A stretch of DNA of 64,000 nucleotides from Spongospora subterranea f. sp. subterranea (GCA_049724395.1 JAUGWO010000030.1:124001-188000), one strand, 5' to 3'. Positions 12,371 to 25,650 are shown, counted from the stretch's first letter. A program made the numbers and translations. Notes: a model not told the origin generated them from the letters alone.

Positions 12371-13300
12371 GTAGACTTTTTAAGAATTCGGTAAACCATG
12401 TTCTCACGCCGCTGCCGCGATCAGTTTCATCGAAAATTTCACGATGTCGGTCCTCCTGTACAGTGCGATATTTGGAAATATTGTGAACCTTTTTTTCCAT
12501 ACATTTTTGACGAACTTAACGAGGACGTTAAAATAACTACCATTACGTAATTTTTCCATCGTAGAGTTCATGGTCTCTGCATTGTTGGACGTATCGATGC
12601 CTTATCTTGGAACTGGAAAAAGGCTCGTAGCCCAGGTTCCAGAATTAAATATTCATAGATCAGTTCATTCCGGTTACGAATAAGCGTTAGCGCAACAGCT
12701 TGAGTTGCTGCTTTCACAGGATGCTGCATTCTTCCTTCAACATCAGTGCGTAATTTTTTCTTGACATTTTGTTTAGGTGAAACATGCAAATCGACTCTCG
12801 CATCATAGGAAAATGCGAACTTGGGCATTGCGCATTCCTTTTTCGCGGTCATGTATATTGACATCAGCGGATTGTTAATCGACCCAATGGATACCTTATT
12901 GTAGGTTTGATACTTTTTTCGGCTAAAGCTTTGGTGGTTGTCGATTTCAGCAGAGAATCTTTACAGAACGGCGAACGACGTAAGGTTAACTGCTTTGATT
13001 GTACGGTCCCATCCTTGTGTCGATAACAAGTGCCTCAAAACTGGCATTTATCCAGTCGGATGAGCTGAGATTCAAATGCAGGGCGACACATAGCAATGAA
13101 CTTGGACGGTTCACTGGTATGGATAACATAGTCGCAGTTTCTTTTCAAGCACAGCGCGGTAAATGCCTGTTGAAACGCTCTCAAAGGAACATTGCACCTG
13201 GGGCGCTAATGGTACGCAAATGATTCACGAGCTGGATTACAGTAGTGCTTGACAGTAATTTAACTGTAATTTTAGAAAACTGCGGGTTTTGGGTTCTTCA
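12371..13300 (-). mobile_element. MULE/Mutator transposase remnant (right copy, inverted relative to the left)
   Basis: RTDVEGRMQHPVKAATQ matches RTDVEGRIQHAVKAATQ of the left copy. A MuDR-like N-terminal region lies toward 13000-13230. Confidence 0.7.
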
Positions 13301-13389
13301 GCAACAAAAACTGTAAATTACGCGTAAATTCTATACGATCGCAAAGTTTACTCGTATTTCTTTCGTCACATCCGCTCATCGAAGGGTCC

Positions 13390-14260
13390 TTTCAACAAGA
13401 AAGGAAGGCGGCGGCATCGACTAACTTGCTTAATTAAAACCTTATCCTCTTCCTTATCTTTTCCAAATCTTTAGAATGTTTTTTATTCTGAACATCTTCT
13501 TTATCTTTTCTTCATTAACGTAGTCATATCAAGATCCTGCATAGCTTCTGGTCTTACGCTCATCTCCTTACAGTTATTCGTTATTGCATCCTCAACTTTT
13601 TTATCCTGAATTTCAACCAAAATCAGTTTTTCTTTGGATTTGCTTTCTTAACTGGAGTAATTCTGAATCTTTAGGGTCCGCTCAAAAAAATTCTATTACA
13701 ACATCCTCCCAGTTTTAACATCATCGTTAATCGCTTTGATGGAGCGTCCTCAAAAAAAGTGCCATTCCACAGAATTGCGGAAATTTCAGAGGTTGAATTT
13801 TCATTTACAATGTGTTTTTCATGTACAATGCTTTTCGTAAAACAATGAGTAAAAATTGATACGAATTCGGAAAGGTAAAAAAATGAGTGAATTGATATGA
13901 ATCCGGAAAGGCAAGGGTAAAACCAGTAGTACTGTAATGACTAATAGGTAAGGACTGGGAGAGGATGTTGTAAAAAATCACGGAGCGGACCCTAAAAAAC
14001 AGATTTGAGGGAAATCAAGATAAAAAAGTTGACATGCGATACGAGTTAATTTAAAAAAGATGCAGGTAAGACCAGAACCTATAAAGGATGTTGATATGAC
14101 TAATCAGGAAGAAGATAAAAGAAAGAAACAGTAGAAAACGTAATTAAGCAAGTGAAGGATATGACTAAAGATTTGGATAAAAATATGGGAGGCGATAAGA
14201 AATTAACCAAGCGAGAGAGTCGATGTCGCCGCCTTCACATGCCTCCCTGTTGAAAGGAGC
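13390..14260. repeat. Diverged AT-rich inverted repeat (arms ~13390-13720 and ~13950-14260), probably TE-derived
   Basis: Reverse-complement matches: GAAGGCGGCGGCATCGAC/GTCGATGTCGCCGCCTTC, TCCAAATCTTTAG/CTAAAGATTTGGA, TTTAGGGTCCGCTC/GAGCGGACCCTAAA, TTCTGGTCTTAC/GTAAGACCAGAA. Confidence 0.75.
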
Positions 14261-14969
14261 AATGAGCGGATGGGACGCAGACAACACTTGAGAGTTTGAA
14301 ACATGCACTGCCCAAACATTGCAGAAATTCCTGCGATGTGATTTATATATGGGGGTTGCCAACGGTACCTGAAAGTTCGAAGGTAGATTAAAGGAGAAGC
14401 CTAGTTTATGGAGCAACCGCAGCAGGCAAGGCGCCAAACATTGCTTGTCGATCACGGATTCCGAATTGAGGTAATAGAGACCGATATAATTGAATCTGTA
14501 CGTACTAAAGTCGGCCAAGTCTGAACGCGTTCGTCGCCGAATGCAAAACTCTTCAAATAATCGACAAAGAGAGTCCACTTTGCAGAGGCAGCTTCTGATC
14601 ATCGACGGTCGTCTTTTGTTAACTGACTCAGTCAATGAGGCATAATTACAGGGTTGGATTGATTATTCACAATCAGTAAACTCCCCAAAGGGTGTATTTC
14701 GAATAAGTTTGGTTGAAAAAAAATTCATTCACTTTGATGCTGCGTTGAAACCTGGAGAATTGTAGCTCTGCCAGAGTTGGCAAATGCGCGACTTGGCGCA
14801 GTCATTGCCCATGGTAACAGACCAGATAGGTTCAGCCAGCCAAGGCACAAGATAATCAAGCGCCGCCGAGCTTATCCGTCGGCGATATCCTGTCTGCCAA
14901 TCGCCAGCGGTTGTCCTGTCTAGGTTCTTCGGCCGAAGCGCCTTTATTCTCTAATATTGTCAGCCTGAA

Positions 14970-15480
14970 ATGAGCAAGGGCGCCCCTGCTGCAGGGCAAT
15001 CAGCCCATTCCTACATCCTCTATCGGAACTCAACACTGGGAGAGACCCTGAAAGATTCGCTACAGGAGATGGTGGATTCGGATCAAATCGATTCTGATAC
15101 TGCCTTGAAAATCCTTCATGAATTTGATCGGGTTTGTTCGCCTTATTTGAGTGCCGGTTACCGTGAACCTTGTGCATCCTTGACTGTTTTTCGCGATTAA
15201 TTTTCTTGATCGGGCGAAAACCTCAGCTGACATGCTTGGTTTCAGTGTGTCAATCGAGCTCTTCGTGAAGATGTCGACAGCAAGGTTACACTCTCAGGAG
15301 GGTTACATACTTACAGGTTGTGCGATAATGTGTGGACAATGTATATCGAAAATGCCCTTGTCAGTTACTGATCACGAAATGGAATTAATTGTGTTTGGAC
15401 TTAATCCTTGTCGGTAGGTTCGAATGGATCTTGAGGCGATCCATTGTGATATGCTGAAGATCGTTGCCTGCGACCGTTGA
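14970..15480 (+). CDS. GTF2A2: Transcription initiation factor IIA gamma (small) subunit, 3 exons
   Basis: YILYRNSTLGETLKDSLQEMV...ILHEFDR | GGLHTYRLCDNVWTMYIENA | MLKIVACDR*. Confidence 0.95.
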
Positions 15481-15599
15481 GCATCAAACTGTTAATAGTA
15501 TGAGGGATTTGTTTTTTATCTATAATATATAAAGTGTCATGATCGCTCAAGACAGCGTGTATTGGCATTCTACGTGGACAATTTGTTGTTAAATATTTA

Positions 15600-16380
15600 C
15601 TAAGGGCTTTGCCTTTCTTGTATTACAAGATCCATAACCTCATCAAATGTGATAACCTTGTGGTTTGATCTGAACACAGGAGGATATCCGTACGATTTCA
15701 GAATCATATTGGCCATAATGCGACCAACTCGTCCGTTTCCATCTTCAAATGGGTGGATATAGCATACAATAACGGCAAACACATAATAAGCATGCATGAC
15801 AGGGGGCATTCGAACGGATGTCGCCCGAAGTTCATCTTCAAATAACCGGATAAGTTCCGGAACCTGAGTAGACAAGTTAGCGTGCCGTTCCGCTCTTCAT
15901 CCTCAAAAACATTCGACCTCGTCAGCCGGAGCGAAAACTCGATAGAACTTATAAAACATATGGGAACCAACAACAAGGCCGGAGCGAAACTCGCCTTTGC
16001 TGGTCCCGGCTTCTAGGTCAAGGCATTTGTGTAGTTGCAACAACGAAGAGGACGTAATCAATTCAGATGGATTCAACGTCCTCAGCATGTTGGTACACAG
16101 CTCCGATATCAAATCACTCTCACTAATCACCTAAACCGGAATGAGCAGAAGTTTTGAACAAAACAAATTAAGGTCATTATACCGGATCCATGGATATGCT
16201 GTTGAAAGATCTCGAGCGAGCGACGGGTGAAGGAAGACAGTGCGATCCACTCGCATCAAAAGCTTCCCCCGACGATAGAGTTATCGTTGATCTAGAGAAG
16301 CAGAATTGGTAAACTGGCATACAACGAGAAAAATTATACCTTTCTGGAGGTGGAAAAAACTCTGATTCGAAAATTTGTCT
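15600..16380 (-). CDS. Fic/DOC-domain coding exons; possibly the C-terminus of the ankyrin-GAF gene
   Basis: Canonical Fic motif [12 protein letters not shown], preceded by [12 protein letters not shown] and FAPADEV, the usual Fic N-terminal elements. Confidence 0.9.
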
Positions 16381-17800
16381 GCACTTAGATTGTTGATACG
16401 TTTTAGCTAAATTGCAAAAGAAAATCAGTGCTATCGATGGGGTGTGCCAAAACCCGGACGTCTGAGATCATCAAAAAAGATAAAATACGCGAAACGCTCT
16501 TGAAAGCTTACCTAAGGATTTCTTTAGCGCTGTTATATGGGGAAAAACAGGACTCCATTCTTTCCCGGGACCAAAAAACGGAAGCCTACCTACAGCAAAA
16601 CCGGCTTCACGCAAATCATCAAGGGCGTGATCGGCTTGATTCCGGATGGGACTTTCAGATTCCTAGAATTCAATTCACCGTTGAATTGCTGCAAGGGAGA
16701 ACGTGCATCGCATACCATTAATGGCGAAACCGTGTACAAATAACGGAATACGGAGACAAGTTGATCCGCTATGGACTCGCACGATTTAACATGTTTGACT
16801 AACCAAAGAAGAAGGAGCATCGAAGCTTTGTGGTCTTCGCTGATCATCGATTTTCCCCAGGACACAAACTGCTCGACGATTCGCAATCTAATCAGAAGTT
16901 GCATCATAAACTCCAAGAGGCGAGACGGCATTGCTATGGACGATCGTTCGTCCTATTACGACAATGAGAAAACGCACTGAATCACGATTGGGTGTCTTCA
17001 TTACTGAGTAATTTTGTAAAAAACTAGACACCGTCTCCAAGTATCCGACTCGTGATACCTGTTTCAAATCTGAGCTTAGCGAAGAGACAGCCCATTAGTT
17101 CTTACATCATCGTCGTGCAACTGAGCGCAAGCCACCAACAAGGAGGACGTCATCGCCAGTACATTCTCCGCTTGTAGAAGTTCCGCTTCTGACTTTTTGG
17201 AAGGGCAATCTTTCTGGAAAAATGTAAGCATCCACTGTGAAAAAACTGTGGCATGACTAACAAAAAGAACTGCAAAAGCAAAAAATTGGTCAGAAGAGTT
17301 GAGGACGCGGACAGGAATTGTGGCGGCCGAAAACAAGCCGCTACTCCGCGCCATGGGCGCGCGCAAAAGAATACAGCTTGGCTGATCGCCCGCAGATCCT
17401 CAATCCAAACCGATTTACCTGAGGCGACCTGGTCAGACGAAGGCCCTTTACGATAACAATTATGAGAAACCATTTCGAATAGGAGCACCAGCGAAGAAAA
17501 CGGAGGATTCCACCAGCAGCGATGCATTCGCTGAGTGAAATTTATTCAATTTTTTCCCAATCGCGTCATCGTGTTTGCCAGGAACAGAAAACGCGTCATG
17601 ACAACATTGAAGTGCTAGACGATGCCGGTTGGCAGTCCAAATTTCCCCAAATGCCCACGTAGAGGACGAGACAATGAATTCAACAGCAAGCAGCAACGCG
17701 GTATGAACTGGAAAACGGTTAAGCACAAAGACCCAGGATTTGATGCTATCTTACTGGTACTTCTACGCTGGCCGAAACGCAAGCAACAATTATCAAGGTC
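16381..17800 (-). CDS. GAF-like domain and helical linker exons (middle part of the ankyrin gene)
   Basis: WAFGEIW...LNKFHSAN...QVASGKSVWIEDL...F(L)RAPMARSSGLFSAATIPV...FAVLFVS resembles NIN-like/bacterial GAF domains. Requires one homopolymer frameshift at ~17366. Confidence 0.6.
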
Positions 17801-19383
17801 GTCTTTGCCCAGGTCATTTGATAAGTCATCGAGCGGGCTCGCCTGCTTAAGAGGACAATTATTATCAGGGTCCAGTAAGTGCATGATTTCACGAAAATTT
17901 CGCCTAGCTGCTTCGTGATAGCAATCTGCCCCCCACCTACGAAACTGTAAATCTGTGTTCAACAATATTCATCGTTTCCAAACTTGTCGAGAATATCTGT
18001 CTTGGCGCCCTTACTAAGAAGATATGACACTATTTCTGAATGACCTAGAACGGGTTGATTGTTGCGGGAAGCTAAAAAAAACAAATGATTTACCGTGAAT
18101 TACAGCTAAATGCAGCAGCGTCCGACCATCATAGTCGGTCAAGTTGACATCAAAGGAATCCGATTCAACCAGTGTCTTTATCTGATCAAAGTTCTGGTCG
18201 GCGCAAGCTTGGGAAAGCTTATATAACACCACTTTACTTTGGATATCAGTTATTGTGGCCCCCCGTTCCTGGAGATAGCTACAATTTGGGAACAGACAGT
18301 TTACATGTAAGGATGGCCCAATTTATGACTGTCGCTTACTGCACTATGGAAAGTCGATTGTTGTCCATTGCCCCCTGCAATGGGGATGATCCAAATCTAT
18401 CAATGCAATCTATAGGAACTCCAACAACTTCGAGTAGATATTTGCAAATACTTAAATGCCCCTCCGACGCAGCAAGATGCAATGGAGTTCTGAAATAAAA
18501 TTGAAACTTGGAGACGGCAACGTCAAAGGTCTTACCTATGATCGTAGTCGCCCAATGACATATCCGCTCCTCGAGCTGCATATATCTTTATTTCATCTAC
18601 GAAAGATTTTATCACTCCGAGTCATAAGCGATTTGAAAAAAACTAACCCAGACAGCCTTGAGACGCAAGTAAACAGACCTTGAGGCAAAGATCAGTACGA
18701 GATCCAATGCTGGGTTTATTGGCTCCATTAGCGACAAGTAATTCGGCGACGGAAAAGTGACCGTTGTTCAAAGCACATGCAATCGGCGTATATCCCCAAA
18801 CATCTTCAGCATTAACATCACCGTTCTGGGATATCAGGAACTCAACAATCCTAATTCGACCTTGGGCCGCTGCGATATGCATGATATTGCGGCCTTCCTA
18901 TCGCGCAATGAGCCATAGTGGTATTCGAATTGCGAAACATACTGCATCGTTCTGCCAGACGTTAACTCCACTTAGCATCAACCATTCAATGGTCTCCAGA
19001 TCCCCTTTCGCGGCCGATGTGAATAATCGATCGATCTGAAGTGAATGTAGATCGAGCTCCGCTAAATTCGTCGACGACATCGACGTTGATAGCAATTTCT
19101 AATCACCCGTCACTCAGTTTGTCATCGCACATAAACATTCATCGGTGAAACAGACTTTTTTGAACAATCCATTCCGCTTAACGGCGTCCGTTTTTGCCGC
19201 CGATTCCACCGGAACGGACGGATAGAAATGGTGCGGACACTGATCAATTGTCTGGCCGCTGGCGCGTTGCCTTGTACAGAATGCACAGTTAAATACGATG
19301 GATACGGCCTCCGTCGGGTGCGATTCTGAGGGCACCGAGGTCGACCCGCCTTCCGCTGATCTCCGCCTCGGGCTAGTCCTCAT
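17801..19383 (-). CDS. Ankyrin-repeat exons (N-terminal part of a multi-exon gene)
   Basis: HIAAAQGRIRIVEFLISQNGDVNAEDVWGYTP, DYDH/RTPLHLAASEGH, DYDGRTLLHLAVIHG. ATG at 19383 joins in frame through a GT-AG intron. Confidence 0.9.
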
Positions 19384-19417
19384 CTTCCAATATTGAACAG
19401 GTCCCCGTTAAAATGAC

Positions 19418-19446
19418 GTGGTGGTGGTGGTGGTGGTGGTGGTGGT
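19418..19446. repeat. (GGT)n microsatellite
   Basis: About 9-10 perfect GTG/GGT units, with a shorter copy at ~19566-19579. Confidence 0.9.
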
Positions 19447-19583
19447 AAAGAATAGGGCTCAGTGTTGTGTTACCCATATATATATTCGCGTGTATAAATG
19501 CACTGGGGGGACGTTGCGACTTGCGTATCCTATTTGGGTATCGCCATACAATAGGGGTAGTACTAGTGGTGGTGGTGGTTGAT

Positions 19584-20732
19584 TTATTTGCGAAACAGTC
19601 CACCGAATAAGACGAAACCGACGAACGATGCTGCCGCAACGCCCAAGGCGATACGGTTGCTTCGTTGATGGGCGAGTTCTTCTTCTGTTAGAGGAGGGGG
19701 AGCGGGCTTTGGTGTGGGCGTCTCAATAGGGATGTCTCGCGTCCTCGATGTAAACTGAGCGTAATTGGAGTATTTCTCGGGTTCGTCTGGAATGAAAAAA
19801 ATGTCAGCCGAACTATGCGAGAACTAATTACAAAAAAACAGAGCATACCTTGTTCGACCTTTAATCTGGGGTACTTTTCAAGAACTTGCTGGGCGTAATT
19901 TTGAAGAGATGACGGGATCATTGAAGGAAGATCGGGAGTGGTTATCGGACAATGGTTCGCAAACATAATGAAAGCTACTAATGACGCATCGCATGATACC
20001 GGCGATGATCCTAAAATAAATGGGCCACCGCTCTGTGCCGTACGCAAGTTGATTCAAACTGTTGACCGATTACAAGAAGCTTTCAATTGTCTACCGATTC
20101 CAGCTTTGCACAACATGCATCTAGCACTTGACGGCAACGTTCAAGAAATTCGGCATCGCTTGTTATTCCTGACGCCACGTCTCGTGCCATAGAAGCTTTC
20201 CTAAAGCGGCGAGGGAGAATATTGTTGACTGGAAAGGGAACAGAGCGAAATAACGCAAAAGCTAATCTGTGGAAGTTTTCATCGCACTGAAGCCATAGTT
20301 AGTACTAGTAAATAGGCGACTGTTAATTGACCTGAAATAAGCATCGATCGCAAAACGGCAATAAACGATCTTGGCATAAAACTCGGTACGCGACTGCATC
20401 ATTTTGTTGCACTTTCTGATCAAGGAGGTCTGCGAAATACCGAATCGACTGGGCGCTGGAAAGGATTGTTCCGTCTCTAGGTTCGCATGACGGCAAGCTG
20501 CCGGTACTGATGTAACTATCGTCAGGCACGTCCTCGCATACCTGGATTCATGAACTGTGTGTCACCTTGATGAATATCCGTATGGTTCATGTTCTACGAC
20601 ATACTCGGACCCAGTCATGTTCAGCAGTAACAATAGCTCCAGGGACTGTACGTGCCAGGACGGCAGGCGCCACGCTGGCACGCCTATCCTTGCGATGACC
20701 AGGCCCCTATCTTCCTCGTCTTCGATATCCAT
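19584..20732 (-). CDS. Metaxin/Sam37-like mitochondrial outer-membrane protein (GST-like fold, C-terminal transmembrane anchor)
   Basis: WRLPSWHVQSL, STGSLPSC...AQSIRY, AVAYRVLCQDRL, FILGSSPVSCDASL. The spliced C-terminus is NRIALGVAAASFVGFVLFGGLFRK*. Confidence 0.75.
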
Positions 20733-21149
20733 CAATGGGGGTTCAGTCAGATCTGCGAGAGAGGTGTGCTGTACTCCGTGAAATCCGTTTATTCAAAACC
20801 ACAATCGGAAACGAGACATCAGAAACACCAAAATTCCAGGAGGTTATTCATGCTTGAGTCCAAACTGTCTTGCCGTTCGGATCTACGAATTTGATTTGCC
20901 ATCACTTCCAAGCAGCATCATCCATCCCCCTTTGTAACCATTCATGCCCTCCATGTTCTTCTTGCTGTCGTAAAGTGTATTCCGATTGGAATCTGTAATT
21001 ACCTGCTGTCCCGACAGTTGAAAGTTTACGGTGATCGAGAGGCCTGCCGCCGTCTCCGTTTCCGACTCGTGTTCATTCAGCTGCTCGTTTTCTACGTCTT
21101 CGACGATGTCATTGTCAGATGATGCCGCGAAATCTGTTTCTAAAAAAAA

Positions 21150-22300
21150 AGCCACCAGTCTCTTGTAACTTGCCATCCTCTTGCTTGATCATCTTATTGA
21201 GCGGAACGAACTTTGGCAGTGGCAATCGCTAGCGGCGAGAAATGTCATGAATTGCATCGTTCAAACAATTGATTCTGTGCGAAACGGTGCAGGGAACTGA
21301 ATGACCGTTTGGCAATGACTTGGTGACGAGGAGGAGGTTACTGAACGACTACATGTGACGAGAAGTGGCACCGCCGAGGAAATAGTGGAAATCACAATTC
21401 TAAATTACTTCGTCTGCAAAATGGGAACTGTGCGATGTCCATCCTGTAAACGATAAACACAGCAAAACAGCAATATGACCTTAACAATCCAAATAGCCAT
21501 GTACGTAGTTTCCAATATAAGTTTCGAACGGCCTATTGATAAACAGCGGAGGACAACTCAATACAAAAAATGCGATTTCATGGAACGACTCTCCTTGGCA
21601 CTGGACCTTCTGCACTTGGTTTGGAAAAAACAACCGCTTTTTGCAGATTTGCACTTCTTTCAAAATAATTTGTGTGTGTTTAATTGTTCCGCTCTCTATA
21701 ACACATTATATGATGGTGCACATTCGTTTTGTAGAAGCCCGATGGCTCGACAACAAGTGATCTTATGAGGACAAGTACATTAGATGACTTCTTTGATTGC
21801 GCTGCACCTGACACTACCAACAAACTCAAAAAAGCCGTTCTCTCAAGAATGGTTGCTGCAGGTCTTCGATCAGGATTCTTTTGATTTGCTCTAGTTGATT
21901 CCAAAGCACGATCATAAAGCCGGGTAATCGCATCAAGAATGTGCACCGCTCTTCCTTCATCCTATGTACCCCGCGTTGCTACTGTTGAAAATGGCTCACT
22001 CTTTCGACTCTGCCAAGAGCGCCAACATATTTGCGAACTCAAGTCGTGAAAGCCACTTCGAACGCCCCAGATGACGTGACTCTGTGAATACGACAGTGAC
22101 CAGTGTAACAGCTGCATGTTACATACTGTTACATGTGTCGTTGGTAACGATAGTAGAAGGTGCGTCTTTTGTTCAGCAATAACATCTATCGGTACTTGTT
22201 CTAGAACCTCATTCGCCTGTTCAGTCAAGTTAAGATCGGGGCGGAATCTGTGGTGGATATCCGTCCGTACCCCAGGAACCTGATCATGGCGACGTTGCCG
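21150..22300 (-). mobile_element. Decayed piggyBac-like transposase remnant
   Basis: HILDAITR...ERTAFLSLLVVSGA resembles the piggyBac ELxAFxGLLxxxG region; FETYIG lies downstream. Many stops. Confidence 0.4.
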
Positions 22301-24065
22301 CGGATGTCGCCATTGACGATCCCCGGGTTCAGTGGCGATCATCGGGCGCCTGTACACTGCGATGATGGCGCTTCAATCAGTCGTGGTTGCGATGATAATC
22401 AGTTCAGTCCATAAGTACTCTTGGTGATTTAGTTCGACATTGAGTTCTTCTGTCATAGTGGTCTAGTGATAGATTCCGATCAGTTATTCTGGGTGTTTTC
22501 ATTTTTAGATGGATACAGGTACATTTTCCGATTCAAAATATTTCATGGGAATCTGAGAATCAACACAGTATTGCGAGGTGCTCCGCCGTATGCAAGTCCT
22601 GGAATTGCAATGGCCACCGCAATCTCATCTGGCAATCCGTTTGCGTGGCGATGTTTGGTAGGGATATTCAGTTAGGTAGGCAATTATCGTGGAGAGAGGT
22701 TAGTTATTATCATTAACCGCCATGGTATTGCATCAGAATTCCCCAAACCTTTGTTATTCGTTGGCGTATCATTCGATTGAAAAAGTCGACCTGTTTAGTG
22801 TTGCTTGTTTTCCCTGCAGATCTGGGTTCTAACAATATTTGTGGGTAGTTGTTCATGAGTGTACCACATGTACGTTTTGATGGCGTGTATTGTCTGCAAG
22901 TTAGCTACTGGCGGAAAGGCTCGTCGCTCTCGAATTATGCCCTATTCCGCCTCTCATACTATCGGTATCTTCGGTTCATGCCTGATCAGACCGTAAGCAT
23001 AGTCTCGCGAAACCAATATTGATTTATTTCTAGAGCCTCGCAACGTGCATTTTCTCTGCGCTGATAAGAACATCAAATTCGTTTGTTGCATTCCATTGTT
23101 ATCAAGTTTAGTTCAGTTCATGCTTCGCTTTGATCAAAGGTGACGCGGCGGCCATTTACTTGATCATAGGTGCTTTACGCTTTGGTTAATGATCCACCTC
23201 AAACCTTAATTCCGAGACTTTTCAATGTCCAGTCTTCGTCATCGGATTCTCAAGGAGAGGTTTCAGACCCAGGAATATATCGAGGTAATTTTGGGTCATC
23301 ATCAAAATAATTGTTTTCTGTAGACTGTATCTTTCTCGTAGTACATTCTAGAAACATCATTTGTTGTGCCCGATGCTACATTTTGCTACTATTCTTTCTT
23401 CAAAATACATTCTCTTATTTTTCGTTAGATATGGTATTACAAAAATAGACAAGAATGTTTGCAAATGGTATAGGGCGTTATAAAGTGAACAAAAAGAAAG
23501 TGTCAATAATAGTCGAAATGCGGCATATGGTCGCCGGAATCAGAGTCAGAATCGACTCGACGTCCCATGGTACCTCCGTATTTTGAAAAATCTGGTACTA
23601 CTGTCTTTGACATGTTGACAGGCAAATTCAATCGATTAGAGTTTGTGTCTTTGTCGTCGATATCGGACGATGCAGGAGGATCATCATCTTTCCGAGTTCC
23701 TGACCAACCGTTTTGTTTCCATTATGTTAACTGGTAATTTACATCCTTATAAAATCACAAATCAATAGCTATATTAGTTATCCAAATTCTCTTGACTTGG
23801 CGTTGAAGCTTGAATAAGGCTTTGTCACGCGGAGATGAACGGTTTTCGGCCAACGCCACGTCTATGCGATAACGGTGTTTAGGGCCCATGCATCGCGTTG
23901 AAATTCTTTATTATATTCCTCGATTACTGTCTCGATCTCAGATTTCCTCGCATTTACCTTGATTCTGCTCTACTCGAGTGCATTCAATTATTGTTTTTTC
24001 AAGCCGTTTAATCTTTGTTCATAACTTGTTTTTCACCGAATTGATGATTGAGGCACAAATCTGCA

Positions 24066-25650
24066 CTAATATACGATCCCGTTTCCCGACCGAGCACCAA
24101 ACTCCATTGGGCCCTGGGATTGGAATCTGTATCCACCAAATTCGTAAGGCGTCGCGGTCGATGGAAAAAATATGAAGCCAATCAACCTGTTTGATATAAT
24201 GGAATCCTGATATTCTGTAATAACGACGACACCAATAACGAATCCGATGCCTTTAGAATACGATCTCGAGTCGGAACGTGACCACATCCAAGAAATTCCT
24301 ACGCTCGGTCAGCGTTCATGGCTCAACACTCGCAAGGGCAGTACCTCAAACTGGTGCTGCTGATCTTGCCAATCGTCCACGGGGGGCGCTTGCGATCGGA
24401 TTGTTTTGAACGATTCCGTCACGATCTTGAACAGCGCAATGTTGATTCCCGTCGCTATAAAATTCATTAACCTGTGGATAAAATTCGATATGATACCGAT
24501 GAACAGACTGTGCAGAAGATCTCGCCATTGTGTCGACGGTGTGAATTGGACCTGGACGAATCCTGCAGCGAACGTGATCTGGCCAGGGACCGTTAAGGCG
24601 TCGCTCTCAACGATCAAGCCGTCGTGGTCGGGAACGCGAACCTCACACCGATAGTGAATCCTATCAGGGGAGGGAAAACCGTATCAGCCCTCGTTGGACA
24701 ATCATCAGTTTGTGGCCACAATTCACGGAACCGTTTGGAATATTGGAATGGGAGAGCGATGTGCACCGGTTGGACCTCGTCAACGGCAATATCGGCGGAA
24801 ATCACACGAATACCGAAACATGCCGATAAATCCTCTGAAACAACTTTGGGAAGTCAGAATCGATTTCTGTTTCGGCTGTAGTTTGGAGTTTGTGGGACCT
24901 TGGTGATTAACCGGTTTAGCCGACGCGCGAAAATCGGCAACAATTGCGATCCGATCAAACGTGACCAACTGAGGCGACGCCGTCACGATCAGCTGTCGAT
25001 ATCTGGGCAAGAGGCTGATCGGATTCCCGATCAGATCGAGGGCTGATAGAGACGACATGGTCGACAGCCCTGAGATCACCGACTCGATATCGACGAGATT
25101 GTTGTAGGACAGGTCGAGGCATCGGATCTGAGGCGCGACGACAACGATGGGGATTACGCAGGGATGAACGAGGGAGAATAATGATGGTGGGACCTGGGAA
25201 CACGATGGAGTTATTTTGAGCGACGATATGGAGTTGTACGCCAGCTCAACAGTCCATAATCGCGCTGGGCAATCACTGAACAGTTCACCGTTCAGCGACC
25301 TGATCCTGGTCGTTCCACGTCAAGTGATGCTGATCTGCAATGGCGATGATGATGGAAACCGACCGGTTGCCATTGGCGATAAAGTGCTCTAGAGTCGGGG
25401 AACACGATCAACGTCTGATATGCGATTGTCGTTGACGATCAGTGATCGCGCTCGACTATGGAAGACGCCATCAGGGATCTGTTCCATGGGTAAGATGGTG
25501 CTAACCCCAGATATGGGGAAGTGATCACCTTATCAAGTCGCATAGACGAAATACAGATAGAACGTGGCGATGATAAACATGATTTACACGAACCTGAACC
25601 CGCCCCCAACTCGAGTCATTTTCAGAGGGTGGAAACGGTCGCGATCCGAT
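24066..25650 (-). CDS. Leucine-rich repeat protein with LRR cap (LRRC43-like), multi-exon
   Basis: IRCLDLSYNNLVDIESVISGLSTMSSLSALDLIGNPISLLPRYRQLIVTASPQLVTFD (LRR plus cap); further LRRs at 25200-25490. Ends are approximate. Confidence 0.7.

Noticed and set aside
14800..14820. RFX X-box-like motif (TTGCCCATGGTAAC) upstream of TFIIA-gamma
   Set aside because: An imperfect single match at a non-ciliary gene; chance occurrence is likely.
15600..15875. Bacterial Fic toxin-antitoxin module or bacterial contamination
   Set aside because: The Fic region is interrupted by spliceosomal introns and flanked by eukaryotic genes, and no antitoxin ORF is visible.
16537..16980. Plus-strand Crinkler/restriction-endonuclease-like fragment (GVIGLIPDGTFRFLE)
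   Set aside because: Only a short resemblance; the minus strand gives a coherent spliced frame linking the GAF and Fic exons.
17076..17140. hAT transposase 'DVxTRWNS' motif in DDDVRTNGL
   Set aside because: The VRTNGL part lies in a GTAAGA...CAG intron of the ankyrin-GAF gene.
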